NCBI GenBank assembly: GCA_965637545.1
Contig: OZ281499.1
Coordinates: 14,322,001 to 14,386,000 of the forward strand
Direction: 5' to 3'
DNA from: Phallusia mammillata
Lineage: Eukaryota
Length of the DNA stretch: 64,000 nt
Part shown: in pieces, positions 1-17,948 of the stretch
Layout of the letters: each line of letters starts with the position of its first letter
Numbering within the stretch: the first letter of the stretch is position 1
Made by a program: the position numbers and the translations under genes
Notes under the pieces: model-generated
Databases searched by the model: none
Told to the model about the DNA's origin: nothing
What the model saw: only the letters and a program-made list of their open reading frames with translations

Positions 1-714
1 CCCTTGGCCTCGCGCCCGTTGATTGCGTTTTGTCGACGCATTTGCACGGGTTCGGCTCGTCGGTGGGGCGGGTGGCGCCTGACGGTTGTCGTTAGTTCGC
101 CGGTCGGCTTGCTGCACCACGTTTCAGTATTTTGTTTCGCCAGTTTGCGCGGCTTTTGCGGTTCGATGCGCGCGTGGGTATTGGCAGGAGGCGAAATCGT
201 GCGGCGCACGTAAAGCCGAGCGCGCGGTGTTGCCGCTTTGTCCATCTTTTCCTATTTCTCTGGCTTGCGGCAGGTTATGACGCACTTGTGTTCCTTTTAA
301 TGGCTGTAAAATCGTTCGCGGTCTGGGGTTTTTCCCTCGGGCTACTGGTTGAGTTTCGGTTCGGCGAGGTCGGGTCGTTTTTTTTCCGAGTGGCAGCGGA
401 ACTGAACTGGGCTGGCAACGGCGCAGTTTTGGGGGCATTGAAAACAAACAGTGTTTGCCTGTCGACTCGACTCGCGAAAAAGCGGCTAGATCGAGGGTGG
501 TCCCAACGCTGAAGTGGCCAACACAAAAAGCAAAGTGCGCTTTGCCGTGGCGGCGGTACATTGTGCGCAACGACATTTTTTGGTTTTTGTTTTTTCTTGT
601 TGGCACGGAGCAAAATGAGAAGGGAAAAAAAAGCAAAAAAACAGAAACGACAAGAAAGTCGGCAAAGCAGGCCTTTCGGCGCTCGCGATTGATTCTCTCC
701 CTGAACGATCGGGT

Positions 715-730
715 GGCTCTGAAAAGAGCC
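715..730 (-). terminator. H2B histone 3' stem-loop (recurs in every unit at the listed offsets)
   Basis: GGCTCTTTTCAGAGCC-ACCC with purine-rich downstream GGGAGAGA (putative U7 HDE). Confidence 0.95.
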
Positions 731-811
731 GTTTTGGTTGGCGGCGGCGGCGGCGCTCGCTGAGGATGAGGCCCCCCGCGGCGGCGCTTGCTGCTGGTGG
801 TGGTGGCTTGC

Positions 812-1171
812 TTACTTGGAGCTGGTGTACTTGGTGACGGCCTTGGTGCCTTCGGACACCGCGTGCTTGGCCAATTCGCCGGGCAGGAGCAGACGGACCG
901 AGGTCTGGATCTCGCGGCTGCTGATGGTCGACCGCTTGTTGTAGAGCGACAGGCGCGACGCCTCGCCGGCGATGCGCTCGAACACGTCGTTGACGAACGA
1001 GTTCATGATGCCCATCGCCCGGCTCGAGATGCCGGTGTCGGGGTGCACCTGCTTCAACACCTTGTAAATGTAGATGCTGAAGGTCTCGCGTCTGCGCTTT
1101 CGCCGCTTCTTGGTCTTGTCGGCCGGCGCGGCCTTCTTCACTGCCTTCTTGGTGCCTTTGCTAGCTGCCAT
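812..1171 (-). CDS. H2B: Histone H2B (unit 1)
   Basis: MAASK...[22 protein letters not shown]...AVTKYTSSK; ATG at 1171, downstream of TATA. The ORF-track N-extension is not the real start. Confidence 0.97.
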   Translation of the reverse strand: MAASKGTKKAVKKAAPADKTKKRRKRRRETFSIYIYKVLKQVHPDTGISSRAMGIMNSFVNDVFERIAGEASRLSLYNKRSTISSREIQTSVRLLLPGELAKHAVSEGTKAVTKYTSSK

Positions 1172-1235
1172 GCTGCTGCTCACTGAATTTCTTTCGAAAG
1201 GAAACGAACTGAGCGGCTCTCCGGCCACCGCGGGC

Positions 1236-1258
1236 ATTTATAGGCGCTCCATGCAAAT
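1236..1258 (-). promoter_or_regulatory. H2B TATA box (1236-1242) and octamer element (1251-1258)
   Basis: The - strand reads CTC-ATTTGCAT-GGAGCGCC-TATAAAT; the octamer next to TATA is the known H2B-specific element. Confidence 0.8.
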
Positions 1259-1379
1259 GAGGCGTCCGTCCTCCCGACGAGCGGCGCTCCCGGGAGCAAA
1301 AGGAAACAATGGCCCCTTGTGGTCGAGTCGTGATCCGAGCGTGATCGGAGTGCGAGAGAATTTCGACAAAGGCGAGAGC

Positions 1380-1415
1380 TATAAAAGGAGAAGGGCGGCG
1401 AGTGGCAGGCATTCG
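1380..1415 (+). promoter_or_regulatory. H2A TATA box and cap-site motif
   Basis: TATAAAA at 1380-1386; GCATTCG about 30 nt downstream matches the histone PyCATTCPu cap consensus loosely. Confidence 0.7.
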
Positions 1416-1446
1416 ACCTTGTTTGGTTTGTCATTCGCTCAGCTAA

Positions 1447-1851
<405 letters not shown>

Positions 1852-1891
1852 ATCGTCGCCCCTGTCTCGTACGTGGTGCAAACCGAAAAAC

Positions 1892-1907
1892 GGCTCTTTT
1901 CAGAGCC
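1892..1907 (+). terminator. H2A histone 3' stem-loop (recurs in every unit)
   Basis: GGCTCTTTTCAGAGCC-ACCC; downstream CAAAAGAGA (putative HDE). Confidence 0.95.
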
Positions 1908-2391
1908 ACCCGAATTTTTCGCAAAAGAGATTTCAAGATGGCCGCCCCCCCCCCCCGCTGCGGCCCGGGACCGTGCATTGCTCGCCCCGAACGAATGTCT
2001 TCCTTGTAGCCTTTGCCCAATTTTTGCGATGGCAAACTATTTCGACCAATTGAAACCGCATTCCAATTTCACAACACAGCCCTACATGACGTCACTGTGC
2101 ACCCTGTTGCCTTTGTCGTCGAGTTCGACCAGGGCTCCGGCTCCGGGCGAAACGAGCCTTTAATGTGCGTCATTCATGCTCCAGCGAGCAACTGTCCTCG
2201 CGCAATTGAATTTCACCCAACGAAACGAAATGCCATTTCGAAACACGGCAAAAGAGACTAGCCGGCGGCGGCCATGTTCCTGTTTTTGCCGCGCACATCG
2301 CAGGCAAGCGTACTTACTTACGCCGTAAAAAAATGGCACGACGCGCCGGCCCCCGAAACAAGTCAAGTATCTCTTTCGCAAGGGTTTAGGT

Positions 2392-2407
2392 GGCTCTGAA
2401 AAGAGCC
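2392..2407 (-). terminator. H3 histone 3' stem-loop (recurs in every unit)
   Basis: GGCTCTTTTCAGAGCC-ACC; downstream GAAAGAGA. Confidence 0.95.
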
Positions 2408-2432
2408 GTTTTGGTTGTTGGTGTGCCGCTTC

Positions 2433-2970
<538 letters not shown>

Positions 2971-3114
2971 CAGCGCTTTGATCTCGCCGCACCGGCCAAG
3001 CGGCCGGCCGCGAAACGAGTGTATTTCTGCGCAAAAACGAGCGCCGCCAAGGCCCCGGGCCTGGCCTAGCCTAGCCGCCCCTTCTCGCAAAATTCTCTCC
3101 CGCCAAGTATGGGT

Positions 3115-3130
3115 GGCCCTGAAAAGGGCC
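3115..3130 (-). terminator. H4 histone 3' stem-loop (recurs in every unit)
   Basis: GGCCCTTTTCAGGGCC-ACCC; downstream GGGAGAGA. Confidence 0.95.
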
Positions 3131-3179
3131 GATTTTGTTGTTGTTGCCGCTTGTGACAAGTCCGAAAGGTGCTGGCAGC

Positions 3180-3644
<465 letters not shown>

Positions 3645-3717
3645 TCAGTTTCGAAAGGCTAAGTGCGACTGGCGCGCGCAAAACACGAGTTGTTTTTCCC
3701 TTTGCGAAAGTGTGGGT

Positions 3718-3733
3718 GGCCCTGAAAAGAGCC
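3718..3733 (-). terminator. H1 histone 3' stem-loop with one U-G wobble (recurs in every unit)
   Basis: GGCTCTTTTCAGGGCC-ACCC; downstream CAAAGGGAAAA. Confidence 0.92.
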
Positions 3734-3770
3734 GTTTTTGTTGCGCGCGGAAAATCTACCGCGCTCCGCT

Positions 3771-4367
3771 CTACTTCTTGGTCGCCTTCTTGGCGGCAGG
3801 CTTTTTGGCCTGCTTCTTGGCTGCCGGTTTCTTCGCCTTCACAGCCGTCTTCTTGGGTGACTTCTTAGCCGCCGCAGCCGGGGCCCTTTTCGCTTGCTTG
3901 GCCGCCTTCTTGGGTGACGACTTCTTGCCCGCCGCCGCCTTCTTGGCAGGCGCTTTTTTGGCGGCCGGCTTCTTTTTCGGGGACTTCTTCGCGTCCTTCT
4001 TGGCTGCGGCCGCCTTGGGCTTGTCCGCCTTCTTGCCGGCTGCTGCCTTGGGCTTCTTCTTCTTCTTGCCCTCGCCGGCCTGCGGCTTCACGAGCTTGAA
4101 GGAGCCGGACGCGCCGGTGCCCTTGGTGCGTGCCAACTGGCCCTTTTCGGCAAGGCGCCGCAGCGCCAGCTTGATATGGCTGTCGGCCGAGTCACCCACC
4201 TTGTAGTTGGCCTTGATGTACTTGGCGATCGCCTGGCGCGACGAGCCGCCCCTCTCCTTCAGCTGCGCGATGGCAGCGCTGATCATCTCCTGGTATGTGG
4301 GGTGCGCCTTGGGCGCGGCCGCCTTCTTGCTGGCCTGCTTCTTTCCTGCGCTCTTCGCGTCGGACAT
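3771..4367 (-). CDS. H1: Linker histone H1 (unit 1)
   Basis: Globular domain HPTYQEMI...GGSSRQAI...[10 protein letters not shown] followed by a K/A/P-rich tail with SPKK motifs; 198 aa. Confidence 0.97.
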   Translation of the reverse strand: MSDAKSAGKKQASKKAAAPKAHPTYQEMISAAIAQLKERGGSSRQAIAKYIKANYKVGDSADSHIKLALRRLAEKGQLARTKGTGASGSFKLVKPQAGEGKKKKKPKAAAGKKADKPKAAAAKKDAKKSPKKKPAAKKAPAKKAAAGKKSSPKKAAKQAKRAPAAAAKKSPKKTAVKAKKPAAKKQAKKPAAKKATKK

Positions 4368-5804
4368 TTTGATTTCTGCTAGTGACTGACTGACTGACTG
4401 ACAAAGAAATGACGTTTGCCGGTCGAGCGGCTTCGACGCGTATTTGTACGGCGTGTCCGCACTAACGCGAAACGACGTTTCGGAAAGCCCGCCGACGGTG
4501 CGGGTGCTACTTGCTGTTTGTGCTTGAATCGCCTAAACGCGGGCCTGCCCAAGTGCGGCCCCAGGTCGCTCGGCGTCGGCCTGTGCCCTGTCGAGGAGCG
4601 TAGCGCTCAGGGCGCACGCCAGCGCAATTGCAGACCGGCACCGCGCCGCCGCGCTCCACGGGGGGCTCAGGAGCGAGGCGGCAAGGTGTGCGGTGCGCCC
4701 GGTCGAGTGCAGGCGTGGCCTTCACGCGGGCGTGGGCCCGGGTGGGACGGATTCAGGCGATTTCTCTTGTCGAAAACGCAAGTCCCAGGTGGCCCGGAGC
4801 TCGTGGCACCGGGCACTGTCCGGTGCGGTGGTGCGGGTCGAAGTGGTGGGGCCGCCAAGGCCGCGGGTTAGTACAGGTTGGGCCCGGCGCGTGCGCAGCA
4901 GGGGTCACGCCGCTGGTCGGGCCACCAGAGCGAAAGAGAGAGGGCCGAAAGTGAGACAGCACGCGTGTTTGGTTGTTTGGTTGTTTGCCTTGGCCCTTGG
5001 CCTCGCGCCCGTTGATTGCGTTTTGTCGACGCATTTGCACGGGTTCGGCTCGTCGGTGGGGCGGGTGGCGCCTGACGGTTGTCGTTAGTTCGCCGGTCGG
5101 CTTGCTGCACCACGTTTCAGTATTTTGTTTCGCCAGTTTGCGCGGCTTTTGCGGTTCGATGCGCGCGTGGGTATTGGCAGGAGGCGAAATCGTGCGGCGC
5201 ACGTAAAGCCGAGCGCGCGGTGTTGCCGCTTTGTCCATCTTTTCCTATTTCTCTGGCTTGCGGCAGGTTATGACGCACTTGTGTTCCTTTTAATGGCTGT
5301 AAAATCGTTCGCGGTCTGGGGTTTTTCCCTCGGGCTACTGGTTGAGTTTCGGTTCGGCGAGGTCGGGTCGTTTTTTTTCCGAGTGGCAGCGGAACTGAAC
5401 TGGGCTGGCAACGGCGCAGTTTTGGGGGCATTGAAAACAAACAGTGTTTGCCTGTCGACTCGACTCGCGAAAAAGCGGCTAGATCGAGGGTGGTCCCAAC
5501 GCTGAAGTGGCCAACACAAAAAGCAAAGTGCGCTTTGCCGTGGCGGCGGTACATTGTGCGCAACGACATTTTTTGGTTTTTGTTTTTTCTTGTTGGCACG
5601 GAGCAAAATGAGAAGGGAAAAAAAAGCAAAAAAACAGAAACGACAAGAAAGTCGGCAAAGCAGGCCTTTCGGCGCTCGCGATTGATTCTCTCCCTGAACG
5701 ATCGGGTGGCTCTGAAAAGAGCCGTTTTGGTTGGCGGCGGCGGCGGCGCTCGCTGAGGATGAGGCCCCCCGCGGCGGCGCTTGCTGCTGGTGGTGGTGGC
5801 TTGC

Positions 5805-6164
5805 TTACTTGGAGCTGGTGTACTTGGTGACGGCCTTGGTGCCTTCGGACACCGCGTGCTTGGCCAATTCGCCGGGCAGGAGCAGACGGACCGAGGTCTG
5901 GATCTCGCGGCTGCTGATGGTCGACCGCTTGTTGTAGAGCGACAGGCGCGACGCCTCGCCGGCGATGCGCTCGAACACGTCGTTGACGAACGAGTTCATG
6001 ATGCCCATCGCCCGGCTCGAGATGCCGGTGTCGGGGTGCACCTGCTTCAACACCTTGTAAATGTAGATGCTGAAGGTCTCGCGTCTGCGCTTTCGCCGCT
6101 TCTTGGTCTTGTCGGCCGGCGCGGCCTTCTTCACTGCCTTCTTGGTGCCTTTGCTAGCTGCCAT
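5805..6164 (-). CDS. H2B: Histone H2B (unit 2)
   Basis: Same protein as unit 1, offset +4993. Confidence 0.97.
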   Translation of the reverse strand: MAASKGTKKAVKKAAPADKTKKRRKRRRETFSIYIYKVLKQVHPDTGISSRAMGIMNSFVNDVFERIAGEASRLSLYNKRSTISSREIQTSVRLLLPGELAKHAVSEGTKAVTKYTSSK

Positions 6165-6439
6165 GCTGCTGCTCACTGAATTTCTTTCGAAAGGAAACGA
6201 ACTGAGCGGCTCTCCGGCCACCGCGGGCATTTATAGGCGCTCCATGCAAATGAGGCGTCCGTCCTCCCGACGAGCGGCGCTCCCGGGAGCAAAAGGAAAC
6301 AATGGCCCCTTGTGGTCGAGTCGTGATCCGAGCGTGATCGGAGTGCGAGAGAATTTCGACAAAGGCGAGAGCTATAAAAGGAGAAGGGCGGCGAGTGGCA
6401 GGCATTCGACCTTGTTTGGTTTGTCATTCGCTCAGCTAA

Positions 6440-6844
<405 letters not shown>

Positions 6845-7425
6845 ATCGTCGCCCCTGTCTCGTACGTGGTGCAAACCGAAAAACGGCTCTTTTCAGAGCC
6901 ACCCGAATTTTTCGCAAAAGAGATTTCAAGATGGCCGCCCCCCCCCCCCGCTGCGGCCCGGGACCGTGCATTGCTCGCCCCGAACGAATGTCTTCCTTGT
7001 AGCCTTTGCCCAATTTTTGCGATGGCAAACTATTTCGACCAATTGAAACCGCATTCCAATTTCACAACACAGCCCTACATGACGTCACTGTGCACCCTGT
7101 TGCCTTTGTCGTCGAGTTCGACCAGGGCTCCGGCTCCGGGCGAAACGAGCCTTTAATGTGCGTCATTCATGCTCCAGCGAGCAACTGTCCTCGCGCAATT
7201 GAATTTCACCCAACGAAACGAAATGCCATTTCGAAACACGGCAAAAGAGACTAGCCGGCGGCGGCCATGTTCCTGTTTTTGCCGCGCACATCGCAGGCAA
7301 GCGTACTTACTTACGCCGTAAAAAAATGGCACGACGCGCCGGCCCCCGAAACAAGTCAAGTATCTCTTTCGCAAGGGTTTAGGTGGCTCTGAAAAGAGCC
7401 GTTTTGGTTGTTGGTGTGCCGCTTC

Positions 7426-7962
<537 letters not shown>

Positions 7963-8172
7963 TCAGCGCTTTGATCTCGCCGCACCGGCCAAGCGGCCGG
8001 CCGCGAAACGAGTGTATTTCTGCGCAAAAACGAGCGCCGCCAAGGCCCCGGGCCTGGCCTAGCCTAGCCGCCCCTTCTCGCAAAATTCTCTCCCGCCAAG
8101 TATGGGTGGCCCTGAAAAGGGCCGATTTTGTTGTTGTTGCCGCTTGTGACAAGTCCGAAAGGTGCTGGCAGC

Positions 8173-8637
<465 letters not shown>

Positions 8638-8763
8638 TCAGTTTCGAAAGGCTAAGTGCGACTGGCGCGCGCAAAACACGAGTTGTTTTTCCCTTTGCGA
8701 AAGTGTGGGTGGCCCTGAAAAGAGCCGTTTTTGTTGCGCGCGGAAAATCTACCGCGCTCCGCT

Positions 8764-9360
8764 CTACTTCTTGGTCGCCTTCTTGGCGGCAGGCTTTTTG
8801 GCCTGCTTCTTGGCTGCCGGTTTCTTCGCCTTCACAGCCGTCTTCTTGGGTGACTTCTTAGCCGCCGCAGCCGGGGCCCTTTTCGCTTGCTTGGCCGCCT
8901 TCTTGGGTGACGACTTCTTGCCCGCCGCCGCCTTCTTGGCAGGCGCTTTTTTGGCGGCCGGCTTCTTTTTCGGGGACTTCTTCGCGTCCTTCTTGGCTGC
9001 GGCCGCCTTGGGCTTGTCCGCCTTCTTGCCGGCTGCTGCCTTGGGCTTCTTCTTCTTCTTGCCCTCGCCGGCCTGCGGCTTCACGAGCTTGAAGGAGCCG
9101 GACGCGCCGGTGCCCTTGGTGCGTGCCAACTGGCCCTTTTCGGCAAGGCGCCGCAGCGCCAGCTTGATATGGCTGTCGGCCGAGTCACCCACCTTGTAGT
9201 TGGCCTTGATGTACTTGGCGATCGCCTGGCGCGACGAGCCGCCCCTCTCCTTCAGCTGCGCGATGGCAGCGCTGATCATCTCCTGGTATGTGGGGTGCGC
9301 CTTGGGCGCGGCCGCCTTCTTGCTGGCCTGCTTCTTTCCTGCGCTCTTCGCGTCGGACAT
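8764..9360 (-). CDS. H1: Histone H1 (unit 2)
   Basis: Same protein as unit 1. Confidence 0.97.
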   Translation of the reverse strand: MSDAKSAGKKQASKKAAAPKAHPTYQEMISAAIAQLKERGGSSRQAIAKYIKANYKVGDSADSHIKLALRRLAEKGQLARTKGTGASGSFKLVKPQAGEGKKKKKPKAAAGKKADKPKAAAAKKDAKKSPKKKPAAKKAPAKKAAAGKKSSPKKAAKQAKRAPAAAAKKSPKKTAVKAKKPAAKKQAKKPAAKKATKK

Positions 9361-10797
9361 TTTGATTTCTGCTAGTGACTGACTGACTGACTGACAAAGA
9401 AATGACGTTTGCCGGTCGAGCGGCTTCGACGCGTATTTGTACGGCGTGTCCGCACTAACGCGAAACGACGTTTCGGAAAGCCCGCCGACGGTGCGGGTGC
9501 TACTTGCTGTTTGTGCTTGAATCGCCTAAACGCGGGCCTGCCCAAGCGCGGCCCCAGGTCGCTCGGCGTCGGCCTGTGCCCTGTCGAGGAGCGTAGCGCT
9601 CAGGGCGCACGCCAGCGCAATTGCAGACCGGCACCGCGCCGCCGCGCTCCACGGGGGGCTCAGGAGCGAGGCGGCAAGGTGTGCGGTGCGCCCGGTCGAG
9701 TGCAGGCGTGGCCTTCACGCGGGCGTGGGCCCGGGTGGGACGGATTCAGGCGATTTCTCTTGTCGAAAACGCAAGTCCCAGGTGGCCCGGAGCTCGTGGC
9801 ACCGGGCACTGTCCGGTGCGGTGGTGCGGGTCGAAGTGGTGGGGCCGCCAAGGCCGCGGGTTAGTACAGGTTGGGCCCGGCGCGTGCGCAGCAGGGGTCA
9901 CGCCGCTGGTCGGGCCACCAGAGCGAAAGAGAGAGGGCCGAAAGTGAGACAGCACGCGTGTTTGGTTGTTTGGTTGTTTGCCTTGGCCCTTGGCCTCGCG
10001 CCCGTTGATTGCGTTTTGTCGACGCATTTGCACGGGTTCGGCTCGTCGGTGGGGCGGGTGGCGCCTGACGGTTGTCGTTAGTTCGCCGGTCGGCTTGCTG
10101 CACCACGTTTCAGTATTTTGTTTCGCCAGTTTGCGCGGCTTTTGCGGTTCGATGCGCGCGTGGGTATTGGCAGGAGGCGAAATCGTGCGGCGCACGTAAA
10201 GCCGAGCGCGCGGTGTTGCCGCTTTGTCCATCTTTTCCTATTTCTCTGGCTTGCGGCAGGTTATGACGCACTTGTGTTCCTTTTAATGGCTGTAAAATCG
10301 TTCGCGGTCTGGGGTTTTTCCCTCGGGCTACTGGTTGAGTTTCGGTTCGGCGAGGTCGGGTCGTTTTTTTTCCGAGTGGCAGCGGAACTGAACTGGGCTG
10401 GCAACGGCGCAGTTTTGGGGGCATTGAAAACAAACAGTGTTTGCCTGTCGACTCGACTCGCGAAAAAGCGGCTAGATCGAGGGTGGTCCCAACGCTGAAG
10501 TGGCCAACACAAAAAGCAAAGTGCGCTTTGCCGTGGCGGCGGTACATTGTGCGCAACGACATTTTTTGGTTTTTGTTTTTTCTTGTTGGCACGGAGCAAA
10601 ATGAGAAGGGAAAAAAAAGCAAAAAAACAGAAACGACAAGAAAGTCGGCAAAGCAGGCCTTTCGGCGCTCGCGATTGATTCTCTCCCTGAACGATCGGGT
10701 GGCTCTGAAAAGAGCCGTTTTGGTTGGCGGCGGCGGCGGCGCTCGCTGAGGATGAGGCCCCCCGCGGCGGCGCTTGCTGCTGGTGGTGGTGGCTTGC

Positions 10798-11157
10798 TTA
10801 CTTGGAGCTGGTGTACTTGGTGACGGCCTTGGTGCCTTCGGACACCGCGTGCTTGGCCAATTCGCCGGGCAGGAGCAGACGGACCGAGGTCTGGATCTCG
10901 CGGCTGCTGATGGTCGACCGCTTGTTGTAGAGCGACAGGCGCGACGCCTCGCCGGCGATGCGCTCGAACACGTCGTTGACGAACGAGTTCATGATGCCCA
11001 TCGCCCGGCTCGAGATGCCGGTGTCGGGGTGCACCTGCTTCAACACCTTGTAAATGTAGATGCTGAAGGTCTCGCGTCTGCGCTTTCGCCGCTTCTTGGT
11101 CTTGTCGGCCGGCGCGGCCTTCTTCACTGCCTTCTTGGTGCCTTTGCTAGCTGCCAT
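10798..11157 (-). CDS. H2B: Histone H2B (unit 3)
   Basis: Same protein, offset +9986. Confidence 0.97.
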   Translation of the reverse strand: MAASKGTKKAVKKAAPADKTKKRRKRRRETFSIYIYKVLKQVHPDTGISSRAMGIMNSFVNDVFERIAGEASRLSLYNKRSTISSREIQTSVRLLLPGELAKHAVSEGTKAVTKYTSSK

Positions 11158-11432
11158 GCTGCTGCTCACTGAATTTCTTTCGAAAGGAAACGAACTGAGC
11201 GGCTCTCCGGCCACCGCGGGCATTTATAGGCGCTCCATGCAAATGAGGCGTCCGTCCTCCCGACGAGCGGCGCTCCCGGGAGCAAAAGGAAACAATGGCC
11301 CCTTGTGGTCGAGTCGTGATCCGAGCGTGATCGGAGTGCGAGAGAATTTCGACAAAGGCGAGAGCTATAAAAGGAGAAGGGCGGCGAGTGGCAGGCATTC
11401 GACCTTGTTTGGTTTGTCATTCGCTCAGCTAA

Positions 11433-11837
<405 letters not shown>

Positions 11838-12418
11838 ATCGTCGCCCCTGTCTCGTACGTGGTGCAAACCGAAAAACGGCTCTTTTCAGAGCCACCCGAA
11901 TTTTTCGCAAAAGAGATTTCAAGATGGCCGCCCCCCCCCCCCGCTGCGGCCCGGGACCGTGCATTGCTCGCCCCGAACGAATGTCTTCCTTGTAGCCTTT
12001 GCCCAATTTTTGCGATGGCAAACTATTTCGACCAATTGAAACCGCATTCCAATTTCACAACACAGCCCTACATGACGTCACTGTGCACCCTGTTGCCTTT
12101 GTCGTCGAGTTCGACCAGGGCTCCGGCTCCGGGCGAAACGAGCCTTTAATGTGCGTCATTCATGCTCCAGCGAGCAACTGTCCTCGCGCAATTGAATTTC
12201 ACCCAACGAAACGAAATGCCATTTCGAAACACGGCAAAAGAGACTAGCCGGCGGCGGCCATGTTCCTGTTTTTGCCGCGCACATCGCAGGCAAGCGTACT
12301 TACTTACGCCGTAAAAAAATGGCACGACGCGCCGGCCCCCGAAACAAGTCAAGTATCTCTTTCGCAAGGGTTTAGGTGGCTCTGAAAAGAGCCGTTTTGG
12401 TTGTTGGTGTGCCGCTTC

Positions 12419-12955
<537 letters not shown>

Positions 12956-13165
12956 TCAGCGCTTTGATCTCGCCGCACCGGCCAAGCGGCCGGCCGCGAA
13001 ACGAGTGTATTTCTGCGCAAAAACGAGCGCCGCCAAGGCCCCGGGCCTGGCCTAGCCTAGCCGCCCCTTCTCGCAAAATTCTCTCCCGCCAAGTATGGGT
13101 GGCCCTGAAAAGGGCCGATTTTGTTGTTGTTGCCGCTTGTGACAAGTCCGAAAGGTGCTGGCAGC

Positions 13166-13630
<465 letters not shown>

Positions 13631-13756
13631 TCAGTTTCGAAAGGCTAAGTGCGACTGGCGCGCGCAAAACACGAGTTGTTTTTCCCTTTGCGAAAGTGTG
13701 GGTGGCCCTGAAAAGAGCCGTTTTTGTTGCGCGCGGAAAATCTACCGCGCTCCGCT

Positions 13757-14353
13757 CTACTTCTTGGTCGCCTTCTTGGCGGCAGGCTTTTTGGCCTGCT
13801 TCTTGGCTGCCGGTTTCTTCGCCTTCACAGCCGTCTTCTTGGGTGACTTCTTAGCCGCCGCAGCCGGGGCCCTTTTCGCTTGCTTGGCCGCCTTCTTGGG
13901 TGACGACTTCTTGCCCGCCGCCGCCTTCTTGGCAGGCGCTTTTTTGGCGGCCGGCTTCTTTTTCGGGGACTTCTTCGCGTCCTTCTTGGCTGCGGCCGCC
14001 TTGGGCTTGTCCGCCTTCTTGCCGGCTGCTGCCTTGGGCTTCTTCTTCTTCTTGCCCTCGCCGGCCTGCGGCTTCACGAGCTTGAAGGAGCCGGACGCGC
14101 CGGTGCCCTTGGTGCGTGCCAACTGGCCCTTTTCGGCAAGGCGCCGCAGCGCCAGCTTGATATGGCTGTCGGCCGAGTCACCCACCTTGTAGTTGGCCTT
14201 GATGTACTTGGCGATCGCCTGGCGCGACGAGCCGCCCCTCTCCTTCAGCTGCGCGATGGCAGCGCTGATCATCTCCTGGTATGTGGGGTGCGCCTTGGGC
14301 GCGGCCGCCTTCTTGCTGGCCTGCTTCTTTCCTGCGCTCTTCGCGTCGGACAT
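13757..14353 (-). CDS. H1: Histone H1 (unit 3)
   Basis: Same protein as unit 1. Confidence 0.97.
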   Translation of the reverse strand: MSDAKSAGKKQASKKAAAPKAHPTYQEMISAAIAQLKERGGSSRQAIAKYIKANYKVGDSADSHIKLALRRLAEKGQLARTKGTGASGSFKLVKPQAGEGKKKKKPKAAAGKKADKPKAAAAKKDAKKSPKKKPAAKKAPAKKAAAGKKSSPKKAAKQAKRAPAAAAKKSPKKTAVKAKKPAAKKQAKKPAAKKATKK

Positions 14354-15790
14354 TTTGATTTCTGCTAGTGACTGACTGACTGACTGACAAAGAAATGACG
14401 TTTGCCGGTCGAGCGGCTTCGACGCGTATTTGTACGGCGTGTCCGCACTAACGCGAAACGACGTTTCGGAAAGCCCGCCGACGGTGCGGGTGCAACTTGC
14501 TGTTTGTGCTTGAATCGCCTAAACGCGGGCCTGCCCAAGCGCGGCCCCAGGTCGCTCGGCGTCGGCCTGTGCCCTGTCGAGGAGCGTAGCGCTCAGGGCG
14601 CACGCCAGCGCAATTGCAGACCGGCACCGCGCCGCCGCGCTCCACGGGGGGCTCAGGAGCGAGGCGGCAAGGTGTGCGGTGCGCCCGGTCGAGTGCAGGC
14701 GTGGCCTTCACGCGGGCGTGGGCCCGGGTGGGACGGATTCAGGCGATTTCTCTTGTCGAAAACGCAAGTCCCAGGTGGCCCGGAGCTCGTGGCACCGGGC
14801 ACTGTCCGGTGCGGTGGTGCGGGTCGAAGTGGTGGGGCCGCCAAGGCCGCGGGTTAGTACAGGTTGGGCCCGGCGCGTGCGCAGCAGGGGTCACGCCGCT
14901 GGTCGGGCCACCAGAGCGAAAGAGAGAGGGCCGAAAGTGAGACAGCACGCGTGTTTGGTTGTTTGGTTGTTTGCCTTGGCCCTTGGCCTCGCGCCCGTTG
15001 ATTGCGTTTTGTCGACGCATTTGCACGGGTTCGGCTCGTCGGTGGGGCGGGTGGCGCCTGACGGTTGTCGTTAGTTCGCCGGTCGGCTTGCTGCACCACG
15101 TTTCAGTATTTTGTTTCGCCAGTTTGCGCGGCTTTTGCGGTTCGATGCGCGCGTGGGTATTGGCAGGAGGCGAAATCGTGCGGCGCACGTAAAGCCGAGC
15201 GCGCGGTGTTGCCGCTTTGTCCATCTTTTCCTATTTCTCTGGCTTGCGGCAGGTTATGACGCACTTGTGTTCCTTTTAATGGCTGTAAAATCGTTCGCGG
15301 TCTGGGGTTTTTCCCTCGGGCTACTGGTTGAGTTTCGGTTCGGCGAGGTCGGGTCGTTTTTTTTCCGAGTGGCAGCGGAACTGAACTGGGCTGGCAACGG
15401 CGCAGTTTTGGGGGCATTGAAAACAAACAGTGTTTGCCTGTCGACTCGACTCGCGAAAAAGCGGCTAGATCGAGGGTGGTCCCAACGCTGAAGTGGCCAA
15501 CACAAAAAGCAAAGTGCGCTTTGCCGTGGCGGCGGTACATTGTGCGCAACGACATTTTTTGGTTTTTGTTTTTTCTTGTTGGCACGGAGCAAAATGAGAA
15601 GGGAAAAAAAAGCAAAAAAACAGAAACGACAAGAAAGTCGGCAAAGCAGGCCTTTCGGCGCTCGCGATTGATTCTCTCCCTGAACGATCGGGTGGCTCTG
15701 AAAAGAGCCGTTTTGGTTGGCGGCGGCGGCGGCGCTCGCTGAGGATGAGGCCCCCCGCGGCGGCGCTTGCTGCTGGTGGTGGTGGCTTGC

Positions 15791-16150
15791 TTACTTGGAG
15801 CTGGTGTACTTGGTGACGGCCTTGGTGCCTTCGGACACCGCGTGCTTGGCCAATTCGCCGGGCAGGAGCAGACGGACCGAGGTCTGGATCTCGCGGCTGC
15901 TGATGGTCGACCGCTTGTTGTAGAGCGACAGGCGCGACGCCTCGCCGGCGATGCGCTCGAACACGTCGTTGACGAACGAGTTCATGATGCCCATCGCCCG
16001 GCTCGAGATGCCGGTGTCGGGGTGCACCTGCTTCAACACCTTGTAAATGTAGATGCTGAAGGTCTCGCGTCTGCGCTTTCGCCGCTTCTTGGTCTTGTCG
16101 GCCGGCGCGGCCTTCTTCACTGCCTTCTTGGTGCCTTTGCTAGCTGCCAT
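15791..16150 (-). CDS. H2B: Histone H2B (unit 4)
   Basis: Same protein, offset +14979. Confidence 0.97.
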   Translation of the reverse strand: MAASKGTKKAVKKAAPADKTKKRRKRRRETFSIYIYKVLKQVHPDTGISSRAMGIMNSFVNDVFERIAGEASRLSLYNKRSTISSREIQTSVRLLLPGELAKHAVSEGTKAVTKYTSSK

Positions 16151-16425
16151 GCTGCTGCTCACTGAATTTCTTTCGAAAGGAAACGAACTGAGCGGCTCTC
16201 CGGCCACCGCGGGCATTTATAGGCGCTCCATGCAAATGAGGCGTCCGTCCTCCCGACGAGCGGCGCTCCCGGGAGCAAAAGGAAACAATGGCCCCTTGTG
16301 GTCGAGTCGTGATCCGAGCGTGATCGGAGTGCGAGAGAATTTCGACAAAGGCGAGAGCTATAAAAGGAGAAGGGCGGCGAGTGGCAGGCATTCGACCTTG
16401 TTTGGTTTGTCATTCGCTCAGCTAA

Positions 16426-16830
<405 letters not shown>

Positions 16831-17411
16831 ATCGTCGCCCCTGTCTCGTACGTGGTGCAAACCGAAAAACGGCTCTTTTCAGAGCCACCCGAATTTTTCG
16901 CAAAAGAGATTTCAAGATGGCCGCCCCCCCCCCCCGCTGCGGCCCGGGACCGTGCATTGCTCGCCCCGAACGAATGTCTTCCTTGTAGCCTTTGCCCAAT
17001 TTTTGCGATGGCAAACTATTTCGACCAATTGAAACCGCATTCCAATTTCACAACACAGCCCTACATGACGTCACTGTGCACCCTGTTGCCTTTGTCGTCG
17101 AGTTCGACCAGGGCTCCGGCTCCGGGCGAAACGAGCCTTTAATGTGCGTCATTCATGCTCCAGCGAGCAACTGTCCTCGCGCAATTGAATTTCACCCAAC
17201 GAAACGAAATGCCATTTCGAAACACGGCAAAAGAGACTAGCCGGCGGCGGCCATGTTCCTGTTTTTGCCGCGCACATCGCAGGCAAGCGTACTTACTTAC
17301 GCCGTAAAAAAATGGCACGACGCGCCGGCCCCCGAAACAAGTCAAGTATCTCTTTCGCAAGGGTTTAGGTGGCTCTGAAAAGAGCCGTTTTGGTTGTTGG
17401 TGTGCCGCTTC

Positions 17412-17948
<537 letters not shown>

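Noticed and set aside
2087-2094. CRE palindrome TGACGTCA between H2A and H3
   Set aside because: A single 8-mer in a convergent 3' intergenic region, with no supporting context.
4860-4885. 5S rRNA-like GGTTAGTAC in the spacer, and box-A-like AGCTAAGCAGG at 1441-1451
   Set aside because: Only 9-11 nt matches, at separate places; flanks do not align to 5S and no 120-nt gene is present.
4416-5756. ORFs in the H1-H2B spacer
   Set aside because: Low-complexity Arg/Gly/Ala/Pro-rich translations, overlapping in all frames, often with non-ATG starts and no histone-type or poly(A) signals.
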